The notes: generated by a model from the sequence alone, not told the origin. Counted from the stretch's first letter, positions 1 through 8,908 are shown. The stretch is DNA of 64,000 nucleotides from Candidatus Parcubacteria bacterium (GCA_039795775.1 JBDKLC010000004.1:21982-85981); one strand, 5' to 3'. Translations and numbers: made by a program.

Positions 1-63
1 GATCGTCCATACGTTTGTATTATCACCTACTTTTCCCGAATTTGAAAATCGCTTGTGGTGCAA

Positions 64-669
64 CTAAGCCTGAGTACCAGAATGCTGTGGTCGTTCTTCT
101 CTCTCTTCTCGTGGTTCACGAGTCTCACGTGATTCTCGTGATGAAGAGTTTTTCTTTGGAGAAGAATTCATAACGTACTTTCGAGGATTATCACACATGT
201 CGATAAAGTCGTCTGCTACTTCTCGAAGTTTACTAGAAGATGATTTACCGAAAGCAATAACTTCTACCTGACAACCTTCGTTTGTCTGAAGATATTCTAC
301 GAGTGGACAGAAGTCACCGTCACCTGAGGCGATGATAACTGTGTCGAGTTTTGGCGCAAGCTTAATAGCATCAACCGCGAGACCTACGTCCCAGTCGGCT
401 TTCTTTGCTCCACCTGTAAAGATTTGAAGGTTTTTTGTTTTAGCTTCAATGCCAAGTTTTCCAAGAGCGTCGAAGAAGTTGTTCTCTTCCCCACTTTCTG
501 TAGAGATTACGTATGCAACTGCTCGAATAAGAGCTCGTCCTGCTACGGCATCCTTCATGATCGCTCCGAAGTTTACACGACCATGATAAAGATTTTTTGC
601 ACTATGATAAAGATTTTGAGTATCGATAAAAATACCTACTCGCTGTTCTTTGTGTTTGATTACTGTCAT
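64..669 (-). CDS. NYN domain (LabA/DUF88, PIN-like) protein
   Basis: Motifs IFIDTQNL, KKADWDVGLAVD and SGDGDF; charged low-complexity tail. Confidence 0.9.
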   Translation of the reverse strand: MTVIKHKEQRVGIFIDTQNLYHSAKNLYHGRVNFGAIMKDAVAGRALIRAVAYVISTESGEENNFFDALGKLGIEAKTKNLQIFTGGAKKADWDVGLAVDAIKLAPKLDTVIIASGDGDFCPLVEYLQTNEGCQVEVIAFGKSSSSKLREVADDFIDMCDNPRKYVMNSSPKKNSSSRESRETREPREEREERPQHSGTQA

Positions 670-837
670 AAAAGGGTGTTTGTGTGGTCATCATTAATGA
701 AGCCAACAAACTTAAATTTAAATTATAAAAATTATCACGTACCGAAGTCACATATATAAAAACTTGCACAGTTCTTGCACTATTAGTGACGTATGTATTG
801 TATCAAAAGCAAACGCTCCTTTGAAAGGAGCGAAGTG

Positions 838-1113
838 CTAGGCAGTCTTTGATTTGAGTCCGAGTTTCTTGATAACTGTTTCGTATCGCTTTTCACTCTT
901 CTTTTTCAAATACTTGAGATGTGTCTGTCGGTCAGCTACGAGCTGAAGGAGTCCACGTCGAGAGTGGTTATCTTTCGCATGCTTTTTGAGATGCGTAGTA
1001 AGCTCTTCGATTCTCTTTGTAATCAAAGCAATCTGAACATCAGGAGAACCTGTGTCTTTGTCATGAATTTTGACTTCTTTGATTGTTTTCTGCTTTTTTG
1101 ACTTCGTTAACAT
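838..1113 (-). CDS. rpsO: 30S ribosomal protein S15
   Basis: [13 protein letters not shown]...[10 protein letters not shown]. Confidence 0.98.
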   Translation of the reverse strand: MLTKSKKQKTIKEVKIHDKDTGSPDVQIALITKRIEELTTHLKKHAKDNHSRRGLLQLVADRQTHLKYLKKKSEKRYETVIKKLGLKSKTA

Positions 1114-1235
1114 GATGTATAGATATTAGCATGAAAGCTTTATTTTAGCAAGGTATATAGGCCTATTATGACAATCCCCCCTCTTTTTTCGGTCTACTTC
1201 GGTAGTATTGTGGCCAATTTGCTATACTATTTATC

Positions 1236-2129
1236 ATGTCGCACAATCTCACTCAGTTAAAGCGTCAGTTCCTCGAACATATCGAAATTGAAAAAGGCCG
1301 AAGCCTAAAAACCGTCGAAAACTACGATAGATACCTCACAGCTTTCCTTGCCTACCTCAAATCGGACTCCCCAAGTGCCATTACTGCAGACACCGTTCGA
1401 GAGTACCGTCTCTGGCTCAATCGAAAGGTGGTGCAAATTAAGGCTGGAAGATCAGAAACCCTCAAAAAACGTACCCAAAACTACTATCTCATTGCCCTTC
1501 GGTCTTTCCTTAAATACATTGCAAAAAGAGAGATCAAGAGCCTTCCTGGGGACACTATTGAGCTTGCAAAGGTTCCGGAACGTTCGTTGGACCTCATTAC
1601 TCACGATGAGCTTATGCGTCTATTAAATGGCCCAGAATCTGAAGAAAATGAGCTTAAGCGTCTGCGAGATAAGGCTATTTTAGAGATGTTTTTCTCGACA
1701 GGACTGCGAGTTTCAGAGCTTTGTACCCTTCCCCATGATCTCGACCTTACAAAAGATGAATTTTCAGTCCGTGGAAAAGGAGAAAAGGTCCGAGTTGTAT
1801 TCCTCTCAGATGAGGCTAAGGCGGCAGTCAAAGCCTACACAGATAAGTTGCCTGATATCGATACAGATAGACTTTTTGATGTTACTCCGAGGTCTGTAGA
1901 GCGTTTAGTTAAGTATTATGCCATTAAGGCAGGTATCTCTAAGAAAGTCACTCCACACGTTATTCGGCACAGTTTTGCTACGGATTTGCTTCAAAATGGC
2001 GCTGATTTACGATCTGTACAAATGCTTTTAGGCCATGCAAATATTACGACAACCCAGATTTATACTCACGTAACAGACAAACACCTCCAGCAAGTACACA
2101 AAAACTTCCACAGCAAGAGAAATCGATAG
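1236..2129 (+). CDS. XerC/XerD-family tyrosine recombinase
   Basis: TGLRVSEL, HVIRHSFAT and LGHANITTTQIY catalytic motifs; N-terminal SAM-like domain. Confidence 0.93.
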   Translation: MSHNLTQLKRQFLEHIEIEKGRSLKTVENYDRYLTAFLAYLKSDSPSAITADTVREYRLWLNRKVVQIKAGRSETLKKRTQNYYLIALRSFLKYIAKREIKSLPGDTIELAKVPERSLDLITHDELMRLLNGPESEENELKRLRDKAILEMFFSTGLRVSELCTLPHDLDLTKDEFSVRGKGEKVRVVFLSDEAKAAVKAYTDKLPDIDTDRLFDVTPRSVERLVKYYAIKAGISKKVTPHVIRHSFATDLLQNGADLRSVQMLLGHANITTTQIYTHVTDKHLQQVHKNFHSKRNR

Positions 2130-2177
2130 AAAAAGTGATTCCCTATGCTAGACTAAGGGTACTTTCACATTTTCTTT

Positions 2178-2996
2178 ATGAAAAATTCTAAAAAAGTTCA
2201 CACAATTGTGTCTTGGAACGTAAATGGTATTCGTGCTGTTATAAAAAAGGGCAATTTTCAAGATTTTTTGGCTACGTACGACCCAGATATCCTTTGCCTT
2301 CAAGAGACTAAAGCAGAGCAACACCAAAAAGAAATTGATTTACCTCAATATACTGAGTATTGGAATTCAGCTACAAAGAAGGGCTACTCCGGTACAGCTA
2401 TTTTTACAAAAACGAAGCCTCTTTCAGTAGTGAATGGCTTTCCCGCTGCTATTATCAAGAAATATGCAGTAAATGGCGATAAATATGGCGATCCCAACAC
2501 AGAAGGCCGTATTGTCGCTGCTGAGTTTGAACATTTTTATATTGTTACAGTTTATACACCTAATGCTAAGGACGACCTAAGTAGAGTGCCTCTTCGACAC
2601 AAGCAGTGGGATCCGGCTTTTTTGGCTTACTGTAAGCTTTTAGAGAAGAAAAAACCTGTTATTTTCTGTGGCGATCTCAATGTGGCTCATACACCAGACG
2701 ATCTTGCACGACCAAAGGAAAACGTGGGCATGAAAGGGTTTACCGATGAAGAACGAGCAGGTTTCCAGAATTTTATCGATGCAGGATTTATTGATACATT
2801 CAGAAAGTTCCACAAAGGAAACGGTTTTTATACATGGTGGTCAAATTGGTCTAATGCGCGAGAACGAAATGTTGGCTGGAGAATCGATTATTTCCTCGTG
2901 TCACCTACTCTCGAAAAAGATATTGTTTCAGCCAATATTCTCGCTGACGTATACGGCTCAGATCACTGTCCTATTGTCTTGAATATTCGAGTCTAA
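2178..2996 (+). CDS. xth: Exodeoxyribonuclease III / AP endonuclease
   Basis: SWNVNG, LQETK, GDLNVAH, GWRIDYF, GSDHCP. Confidence 0.96.
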   Translation: MKNSKKVHTIVSWNVNGIRAVIKKGNFQDFLATYDPDILCLQETKAEQHQKEIDLPQYTEYWNSATKKGYSGTAIFTKTKPLSVVNGFPAAIIKKYAVNGDKYGDPNTEGRIVAAEFEHFYIVTVYTPNAKDDLSRVPLRHKQWDPAFLAYCKLLEKKKPVIFCGDLNVAHTPDDLARPKENVGMKGFTDEERAGFQNFIDAGFIDTFRKFHKGNGFYTWWSNWSNARERNVGWRIDYFLVSPTLEKDIVSANILADVYGSDHCPIVLNIRV

Positions 2997-3057
2997 TTTG
3001 TTGTGTCCGACAAGTTTTTTGATTCAAAAAAACAGCACAAATTATAAAAGTCAAAAG

Positions 3058-3066
3058 TTATCCACA
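3058..3066 (+). promoter_or_regulatory. Perfect DnaA box TTATCCACA
   Basis: Exact consensus match in an intergenic region. Confidence 0.6.
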
Positions 3067-3424
3067 GATTCGTAATATTGTCCTTTACATGTCTTTTAAA
3101 GTGTATACAATGTAAAGCAGGTTAGCGCTCCACTGTCCCCGCGCATTGTCCTTTACAGGCTAGGTAATCTCGAAAGATTGAAGGTTAATTTGATTTGAGG
3201 CGGAAACAAATTCTCGCTATATCATATAGACACAGTTAGTGTCACAAATTTTTGGGATTTAGTTCCCTACTTCCTTTCTCGTTATCTCTTCAATAACACG
3301 ATTACAAGCCACTCTCGTTATAAGGGCTGCACCCGGACATTTTTCAATTAGCGCCGCGTGTGGCTCTTTTTGTTTACAATTTTTTATACAGGATAGATTC
3401 GAAACCTTTGACTTCTAGCTGCAA

Positions 3425-3440
3425 TGTTTCTTGTGTAACA
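3425..3440. promoter_or_regulatory. parS-like site TGTTTCTTGTGTAACA
   Basis: 2 mismatches to TGTTNCACGTGNAACA. Confidence 0.55.
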
Positions 3441-3482
3441 CACTCTGCCTTGTTATTCACCCACTAGGATGCATGCCTATTT

Positions 3483-3516
3483 AAGAAAAAAGCCCTATAA
3501 ATAGGGCTTTTTTCTT
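3483..3516. terminator. Bidirectional intrinsic terminator
   Basis: aagaaaaaagccctat-aa-atagggcttttttctt inverted repeat downstream of cca. Confidence 0.8.
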
Positions 3517-3531
3517 GTTTCATGAGAAACA
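3516..3531. promoter_or_regulatory. parS-like site TGTTTCATGAGAAACA
   Basis: 2 mismatches to TGTTTCACGTGAAACA. Confidence 0.6.
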
Positions 3532-3533
3532 GG

Positions 3534-5018
3534 TTACTTAACGTAGTGTTTCTTGTTGATTTCGTCCATTAGTTGGGCTTCCTCCTCTTCTTTTCTACGT
3601 TTACCTTCTTGTCCTTTCTCTTTTAGTTCAGCTTCAGATAGACTTGAGAGCTCTGTTGAGCGCTTTTCGAGATATTCCACCGTGTTTAGTGCTGGATCCT
3701 CAAGTACTTCTTCAAGCAATGCATGAAGAATAAAGCCAATCTTAGGTCCTGGTGTTACATGTGTAACGTCCATAAGCCGTTTACCATCTATCTTGAGCAT
3801 CCCTACAGTAACTGGATCTCTGAGTACCTGCTCAATCATTGCTTGGTATTTTCTGAATCTATATGGGTTTTCCTTTGGTCTGCCAGTTCCTATTCGATCA
3901 CATATTCGTAGATTTATGAGGTCCCAAATGCTTTCCTCCCCTACATTGGCTACCATACGTCGAACAGCTGATAATGTAATCTGCTCTGTGTCTGAGAAAA
4001 ACATATGCCATCGAACCAGTTTCGTAACTGTCTCTATCGTTTTTGTTGGAAACTTCAGGTTTTTAAGGATCTTCTCTGTCATTCTCGCCCCTACTACCTC
4101 ATGTCCATAAAAGGTTACATCTCCTTTGTCGTCTGAGTAACGGCTAGTTCGAGGTTTACCGACGTCATGGAGCAAAGCCGCTAGTCTTACCTCAAATGGG
4201 TATTTCTTATCGGCTGCGTGCTGTACAGAGCGTAAGAGGTGCTCAAATACAGTATATGCATGTGCTTGATTTTGTTTCGCGTGTAACCCTTCTTCTAACT
4301 CTGGGATGATATAGCCTAGAATGCCTAACCGTTGAGCTAAACCCAATCCGAGCATTGGTTGATCTGAATTAAGAAGTTTTACAAGCTCGTCTCTAATGCG
4401 CTCCTTTGAAATCTTCTCAAGTACTGCCTTTTGAGCCACTATAGCCTCTGCTGTCTCAGTGTTAATCGTGAAACCTAAATCCGCGGCTAATCTTATGGCT
4501 CTTATGATTCTAAGGCCATCCTCTTTAAACCGGGTACCCGCATCCCCCACTGCTTTTAGTAGTGAGTCCTTTAGATCCTCTTGTCCATTATAAAGGTCAA
4601 TTATATGTCCTTTATCTATATCTAGGGCCATGGCGTTTATAGTGAAGTCACGTCTTTTAAGATCGTCTTCGAGCTTTGTGCTGAATGCTATCTCATTTGG
4701 GTGTCGTCCATCACTGTAGTCCCCTTCTATTCTGTACGGTGTTACCTCAACAACTTTGAGAGTTGGATCTTCTGTCGATTCTGATACTACACCTACAGTT
4801 CCAAATTTGTTTTCATAAAAGGTATTTGGAAAACCAGCAATGATCTGCTCTGGTGTTGCATTGGTTGTGAGGTCCCAGTCTTTAGGTGCTCTATTGAGAA
4901 GTAAGTCTCTCACACATCCCCCTACAAGATATGCCTCATAGCCCGCTGCTTTAAGCTGGTTTGATATTTCAAGTATTTCCTTTGGTATATGAGATATATT
5001 CATCATTTGAGCCTTCAT
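3534..5018 (-). CDS. cca: CCA tRNA nucleotidyltransferase with HD domain
   Basis: LVGGCVRDLLL, KDWD, RRDFTINA, EDGLRIIRA, LLHDVGKP; start 5018 chosen because TACAAT lies 6 nt upstream. Confidence 0.92.
   Translation of the reverse strand: MKAQMMNISHIPKEILEISNQLKAAGYEAYLVGGCVRDLLLNRAPKDWDLTTNATPEQIIAGFPNTFYENKFGTVGVVSESTEDPTLKVVEVTPYRIEGDYSDGRHPNEIAFSTKLEDDLKRRDFTINAMALDIDKGHIIDLYNGQEDLKDSLLKAVGDAGTRFKEDGLRIIRAIRLAADLGFTINTETAEAIVAQKAVLEKISKERIRDELVKLLNSDQPMLGLGLAQRLGILGYIIPELEEGLHAKQNQAHAYTVFEHLLRSVQHAADKKYPFEVRLAALLHDVGKPRTSRYSDDKGDVTFYGHEVVGARMTEKILKNLKFPTKTIETVTKLVRWHMFFSDTEQITLSAVRRMVANVGEESIWDLINLRICDRIGTGRPKENPYRFRKYQAMIEQVLRDPVTVGMLKIDGKRLMDVTHVTPGPKIGFILHALLEEVLEDPALNTVEYLEKRSTELSSLSEAELKEKGQEGKRRKEEEEAQLMDEINKKHYVK
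3753..3768. promoter_or_regulatory. parS-like site TGTTACATGTGTAACG inside cca
   Basis: Near-palindrome resembling the parS consensus; encodes DVTHVT. Confidence 0.6.
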
Positions 5019-5108
5019 TTCGCAATTGTAGTATAGGTTTTGATTTTTAGCCATTTATAATGTATGATGCCAATTACGCAATAGAAAGTAATACGTTTAT
5101 TGTGAATT

Positions 5109-5180
5109 GCACTTGTGGTGAAATGGATATCACAACGGTCTTCGGAACCGTTATTCTAGGTTCGAATCCTGGCAGGTGCA
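5109..5180 (+). tRNA. tRNA-Arg(TCG)
   Basis: Acceptor stem gcacttg/caggtgc; anticodon arm acggt-ctTCGga-accgt; T loop ttcgaat; no encoded CCA. Confidence 0.95.
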
Positions 5181-5221
5181 CAATTACCCTACTCTACTGA
5201 GTAGATAGTAAGAAATACAAT

Positions 5222-5292
5222 GCGGGTATGGTTTAGTGGTAGAACACGTCCTTGCCAAGGATGAGACGGGAGTTCGATTCTCCCTACCCGCA
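5222..5292 (+). tRNA. tRNA-Gly(GCC)
   Basis: gcgggta/tacccgc; anticodon loop ttGCCaa; gttcgatt. Confidence 0.96.
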
Positions 5293-5297
5293 CCCAA

Positions 5298-5333
5298 GAA
5301 GAAGGCTCACTCTATATAGAGTGAGCTTTCTTC
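5298..5333 (+). terminator. Terminator hairpin after the tRNA pair
   Basis: gaagaaggctcactct-atat-agagtgagctttcttc. Confidence 0.75.
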
Positions 5334-5387
5334 ATTCTTACGCTATAAAAAAGCCCCGGAAAAGCCTTTAGACAGTTGTCCCAAAAC

Positions 5388-5396
5388 TGTGGATAA
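5388..5396 (-). promoter_or_regulatory. Perfect DnaA box (TGTGGATAA on + strand)
   Basis: Exact consensus match in an intergenic region. Confidence 0.6.
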
Positions 5397-5527
5397 CTCT
5401 GTGTATATGTGTATAAAAGACAGAGTCCTTGATTTATAGGGACAATTGGTATTTGCATACTTTTTCGATAAATGGCTAACTTGCAAGGTGTTTTGGCTTT
5501 TAAGGACTTTAGACCAATATATTAAAA

Positions 5528-5543
5528 TGTGGCACGTGAAACA
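5528..5543. promoter_or_regulatory. parS-like site TGTGGCACGTGAAACA
   Basis: 14/16 match to TGTTTCACGTGAAACA. Confidence 0.6.
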
Positions 5544-5631
5544 TATATTTTTGGTGTTAATCAGAGCATTTTATCTAGAATTTATTATATTTTTAGCCTT
5601 TCTTTATCATCGGAGGTCTATATTGTTTTTT

Positions 5632-6042
5632 ATGAAACTAAAAAATAAAAATTCAAATCAAAAGGTCAGCACCGGTAAAAAAGGGGAGTTGGTAGCTGAA
5701 AGATATTTGATCAAAAAGGGATACGAGGTCCTTGATAAGAACTATAGGAAGAAAGTAGGGGAAATAGACATTATTTGTAAAAAGGACGATATTTTACACT
5801 TTGTTGAAGTAAAGACAGTAAAAGTACCATATCCTGTCGAATTAAACCTGGGTATTCGACCAGAGGATAAACTAACCAAGCTAAAAGTAGGAAAAATTCG
5901 TACTGTAGGTGGAATGTATATAAAAGAAAGGGGATTAGTAGGTTTAGAGTATAAAATTGATGCCATAGCCGTATACCTTGGCTATACCAATAAAATTCTA
6001 CAGAGAGTTCAGGTTAAGTATATTCCGGCGATCAATGTTTAA
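5632..6042 (+). CDS. YraN family (UPF0102) PD-(D/E)XK nuclease-like protein
   Basis: GKKGELVAERYL, NYRKKVGEIDII, FVEVKT; the upstream ORF extension is AT-rich intergenic DNA. Confidence 0.9.
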   Translation: MKLKNKNSNQKVSTGKKGELVAERYLIKKGYEVLDKNYRKKVGEIDIICKKDDILHFVEVKTVKVPYPVELNLGIRPEDKLTKLKVGKIRTVGGMYIKERGLVGLEYKIDAIAVYLGYTNKILQRVQVKYIPAINV

Positions 6043-6111
6043 TTTGTAATCAAATTGTACTCAAAGTTTGAGCCAAATTTTAATATGTGCTAAGCTGTTC
6101 TTGGTTTATAA

Positions 6112-6187
6112 CGGGGTGTAGTGTAACGGCTAACATGCTTCACTTGGGCTGAAGTGACTCCGGGTTCGAATCCCGGCACCCCGACCA
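6112..6187 (+). tRNA. tRNA-Pro(TGG)
   Basis: cggggtg/caccccg; cttca-ctTGGgc-tgaag; CCA encoded. Confidence 0.96.
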
Positions 6188-6193
6188 ACAAGA

Positions 6194-6508
6194 ATGGATA
6201 CTCAAACAAAAAAGTTTACAAGAAAGAAGGAAGACTTCGTTTGTGAACACTGTAAGGCAGAAGTAAAGGGAAGTGGCTATACCAACCACTGTCCGGTATG
6301 TCTTTGGAGCAAACACGTAGATATTAACCCTGGTGACAGAGCGGCTCTTTGCCTTGGAATGATGAAACCTAAGAAAATTGAGGGACCGACAGATAAGTTC
6401 ATGATTGTTCATGAATGTATCGTCTGTGGCTATACAAAGCGAAATAGAATGGAGTCTAATGACTCATATGACGCTGCAGCTGCTATTGTGAAGTCTTCAA
6501 TCCGGTAA
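6194..6508 (+). CDS. RNHCP domain (Zn-binding) protein
   Basis: FVCEHC, YTNHCPVCLWSKHVD, PGDRA, HECIVCG. Confidence 0.9.
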   Translation: MDTQTKKFTRKKEDFVCEHCKAEVKGSGYTNHCPVCLWSKHVDINPGDRAALCLGMMKPKKIEGPTDKFMIVHECIVCGYTKRNRMESNDSYDAAAAIVKSSIR

Positions 6509-7808
6509 TAAGCAGTGATCGAAGGCGTTCTCTCTGAGAAGCGTCAAAATCCTCTTTGAGTGTCTGAGTACTAAGAGAAAGTATTTCAGAAAGGCTTGAT
6601 CTCTTATAGAGCGAAAGAGTTTCGTTTATATGTCGTACGGTTATTGCGTGTACGTATTTTCGGTCTAGGTTGTTACTAGAGAGTATTGTGGTAATCATAC
6701 CGATTAGATTGCCGTGTTCGTCTGTAACAGCCCCTCCTGAAGAGCCTGGTTCAGCTATAGGGGTAGTCTGAGTCTGGATCAGGTCAATATATTTACCATT
6801 GAAACTAAAGTAGTCTCGAACTGTTGTATTATCGACAAGACTTCTCAAAAGACTATTTATACTTTGTTTTTGGAGTACGAGGGCAGGGTACGCAGCAAGG
6901 ATAATCTTCTGATTTACATAAGGAGTCTCAGCAATACTCACGAGGGGGAGATATGAGAAAGACTGAGCGTTTTGGCCGTCATTCTTGAGTTTTAATAGGG
7001 CAAAATCAAATTCTCCAGTTTCCTGTGGTCTTTCTTGTGCGAGATTTTTGTAGTTAATCTCGACCCATCGTGGAGAAATATAGAGAATATCGAGGTCGTA
7101 GCTTACAGAAGTAGGGGAACCGAGGCGGGCACTACATTTTAGATTGATATTTGAAAAGTCTTTTAATAGCAATAGATATTGAGCTACGTGGGCGTTTGTA
7201 AGCACAATTCCTCTAGAATCTATGATTGTTCCACTTCCTGTGAGGATTTTCTCAGTGTTTCCTTCTTTTGTGGTGCAGTAGATGTTTACAAGTGAATTTT
7301 GAATTCGGGCCTGTAACTCATTTGATTCTGTTGGCAAAGCAATCTTCTGAACTGGCTCAGGTGTGTAAAATACTGTTGTACTGGCAACAAGAATCTTTTT
7401 TGTTGTGGTAGATGTATTTGAAAGAGGAGAGTTATCGTTGAATGTCCCATCTATTCGTGGTGTTTGAGGTGCTTTTGGATCTAAGGTCTTAATCGAGGTC
7501 TTAGCAGATTGGGATGTTGTAGCCGTAATAGCGACTTTTTGAATGATTTTTGGACCTGATGTTGGTGTTGAGGCCTTTTTTGAAGAAACTTTTGTAGAAG
7601 TAGCCGTACCTGTTATTTTAAGTACAGGCTCTTTTTGGGTAAGGGGAATAGATGTGTCTTGAATCTTGAGTTGCTGCTCTACCGCAGTAGGAAGAGGTTG
7701 TGTCGGTGTAGCCGCAGGTGGAAGGGGGGTAGAAGATCCAGTAATAAGGGTAGTAATACCAACAATAGAAGAGACAATCTTTTGGCCAATTTTTTCGATT
7801 AATGTCAT
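6483..7808 (-). CDS. Membrane-anchored or secreted trypsin-like serine protease
   Basis: LTNAHVA, DFALL and PGSSGG triad motifs; N-terminal hydrophobic segment and S/T/P-rich stalk. Confidence 0.85.
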   Translation of the reverse strand: MTLIEKIGQKIVSSIVGITTLITGSSTPLPPAATPTQPLPTAVEQQLKIQDTSIPLTQKEPVLKITGTATSTKVSSKKASTPTSGPKIIQKVAITATTSQSAKTSIKTLDPKAPQTPRIDGTFNDNSPLSNTSTTTKKILVASTTVFYTPEPVQKIALPTESNELQARIQNSLVNIYCTTKEGNTEKILTGSGTIIDSRGIVLTNAHVAQYLLLLKDFSNINLKCSARLGSPTSVSYDLDILYISPRWVEINYKNLAQERPQETGEFDFALLKLKNDGQNAQSFSYLPLVSIAETPYVNQKIILAAYPALVLQKQSINSLLRSLVDNTTVRDYFSFNGKYIDLIQTQTTPIAEPGSSGGAVTDEHGNLIGMITTILSSNNLDRKYVHAITVRHINETLSLYKRSSLSEILSLSTQTLKEDFDASQRERLRSLLITGLKTSQ

Positions 7809-7862
7809 GGGCAGAGTATAGCAAATTGTCTTTCTAATGTCTGTTTGCTATAGTATCCGTAC

Positions 7863-7936
7863 GCGGGATTGGTTTAGTGGTAGAATGACTGCCTTCCAAG
7901 CAGTAGACAAGGGTTCGATTCCCTTATCCCGCACCA
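7863..7936 (+). tRNA. tRNA-Gly(TCC)
   Basis: gcgggat/atcccgc; actgc-ctTCCaa-gcagt; CCA encoded. Confidence 0.96.
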
Positions 7937-7957
7937 GATAACAGAACAATAAAAAAT

Positions 7958-8032
7958 ATGACATATTTTCTTATTACTATCTTTGTGATCGTCTTGATTG
8001 GTTTCTTTATTACTCGAAAGCGAGGAATGTAA
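7958..8032 (+). CDS. Putative 24-aa single-TM microprotein
   Basis: MTYFLITIFVIVLIGFFITRKRGM*: hydrophobic helix plus basic tail; A-rich upstream region. Confidence 0.45.
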   Translation: MTYFLITIFVIVLIGFFITRKRGM

Positions 8033-8064
8033 GTAGTAGACAGTTAGTATCTAAGTATAAATTG

Positions 8065-8100
8065 AAGGGTCCCCGCCGGCGTAGCCAGGCGGGGACCTTT
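8065..8100. terminator. GC-rich terminator hairpin
   Basis: aagggtccccgcc...ggcggggaccttt between convergent units. Confidence 0.75.
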
Positions 8101-8138
8101 TGATGTTGTGAATCACGATATACAGGAGGTGAGTCGAG

Positions 8139-8693
8139 TTAGATCGTGACGTTAGGTTTGGGTGGATCCTGCGGTTGTATTTCGAGCAGTTGGTTGAACA
8201 TCTCCTTTTCGAGTTTGAGTCGCTCGAGGGGAGATTTGTCCCGCATCTTATCGATATAATCGATAAACACCTTACTACCCTTGTCATCGAGCGGAACAGG
8301 TTTGGCGTGATTTCCGTCATACAGAATGCTTACGACAATGCCACTTCTGAAATACGACACCATGCTGGGGTCACACTGTATGGTGAGTTCCGAGGGTTCG
8401 GAACTCCATTCATTGGTGACTAAGAGCATTCGCCCGTTCACGGTCAGCTCGCCGAAGCCATCGAATGATGCGCTATCGATGAGGTAGGTCTCCACCATGG
8501 TGTCTTCGGGTTGGACGAGGACTATTTTGTATTCGATGGTCTGGGGAGCCCTCGACGTCAGGAATGATAGCCTGTGGTTGATTTCGAATGCTAGATGTAG
8601 CAGGCAGACGGCTACAAACGCAAGCCCGATGATCAGGCCAAGGATACTTTTACGCGCAGTACCAGCGCTATTGTTGGATGGGTTGGTATTCAT
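8139..8693 (-). CDS. Orphan membrane-anchored hypothetical protein, higher GC than neighbours
   Basis: One N-terminal TM segment; own sigma70-like promoter (TTGACG 8811-8806, TACTAT 8789-8784) and terminator. Confidence 0.65.
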   Translation of the reverse strand: MNTNPSNNSAGTARKSILGLIIGLAFVAVCLLHLAFEINHRLSFLTSRAPQTIEYKIVLVQPEDTMVETYLIDSASFDGFGELTVNGRMLLVTNEWSSEPSELTIQCDPSMVSYFRSGIVVSILYDGNHAKPVPLDDKGSKVFIDYIDKMRDKSPLERLKLEKEMFNQLLEIQPQDPPKPNVTI

Positions 8694-8835
8694 CAATCTG
8701 CACAGAAATATGCACAAATAAAAACAGAGGAGCAATCTGTACAAATTGATGAATATCAACTTGAAAAGATCTTACTGAGCCTGATAGTACAACTTTAAAA
8801 TTCTTCGTCAATTAAAAGTGTAGAAAATAACATAA

Positions 8836-8867
8836 ACAAAAAATCCGCATTGCTGCGGATTTTTTGT
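8836..8867 (-). terminator. Terminator of HU gene
   Basis: aaaaaatccgca-ttgc-tgcggatttttt. Confidence 0.8.
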
Positions 8868-8908
8868 GTGGGTTGTATTCGAAACTGAAATATAAGTAGA
8901 GTTCTTAC

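Noticed and set aside
91-145. Repeat-like DNA and a weak parS-like 16-mer in the NYN gene tail
   Set aside because: Explained by the low-complexity RE/SRE peptide; too many mismatches to parS
1236-2129. Tyrosine recombinase as a prophage, integron or shufflon integrase
   Set aside because: It looks like a housekeeping Xer among core genes; I saw no att sites, cassettes, inverted repeats or phage genes, and no recognisable dif site
3118-3480. tmRNA, RNase P or SRP RNA identity for the spacer
   Set aside because: No tRNA-like ends, GAGGAAAGUCC or SRP loop motif on either strand
5446-5631. N-terminal extension of the YraN ORF
   Set aside because: AT-rich sequence containing a parS-like site; the family match begins near the ATG at 5632
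7863-8830. tRNA-anchored genomic island
   Set aside because: No duplicated tRNA 3' end and no integrase; only a single orphan gene
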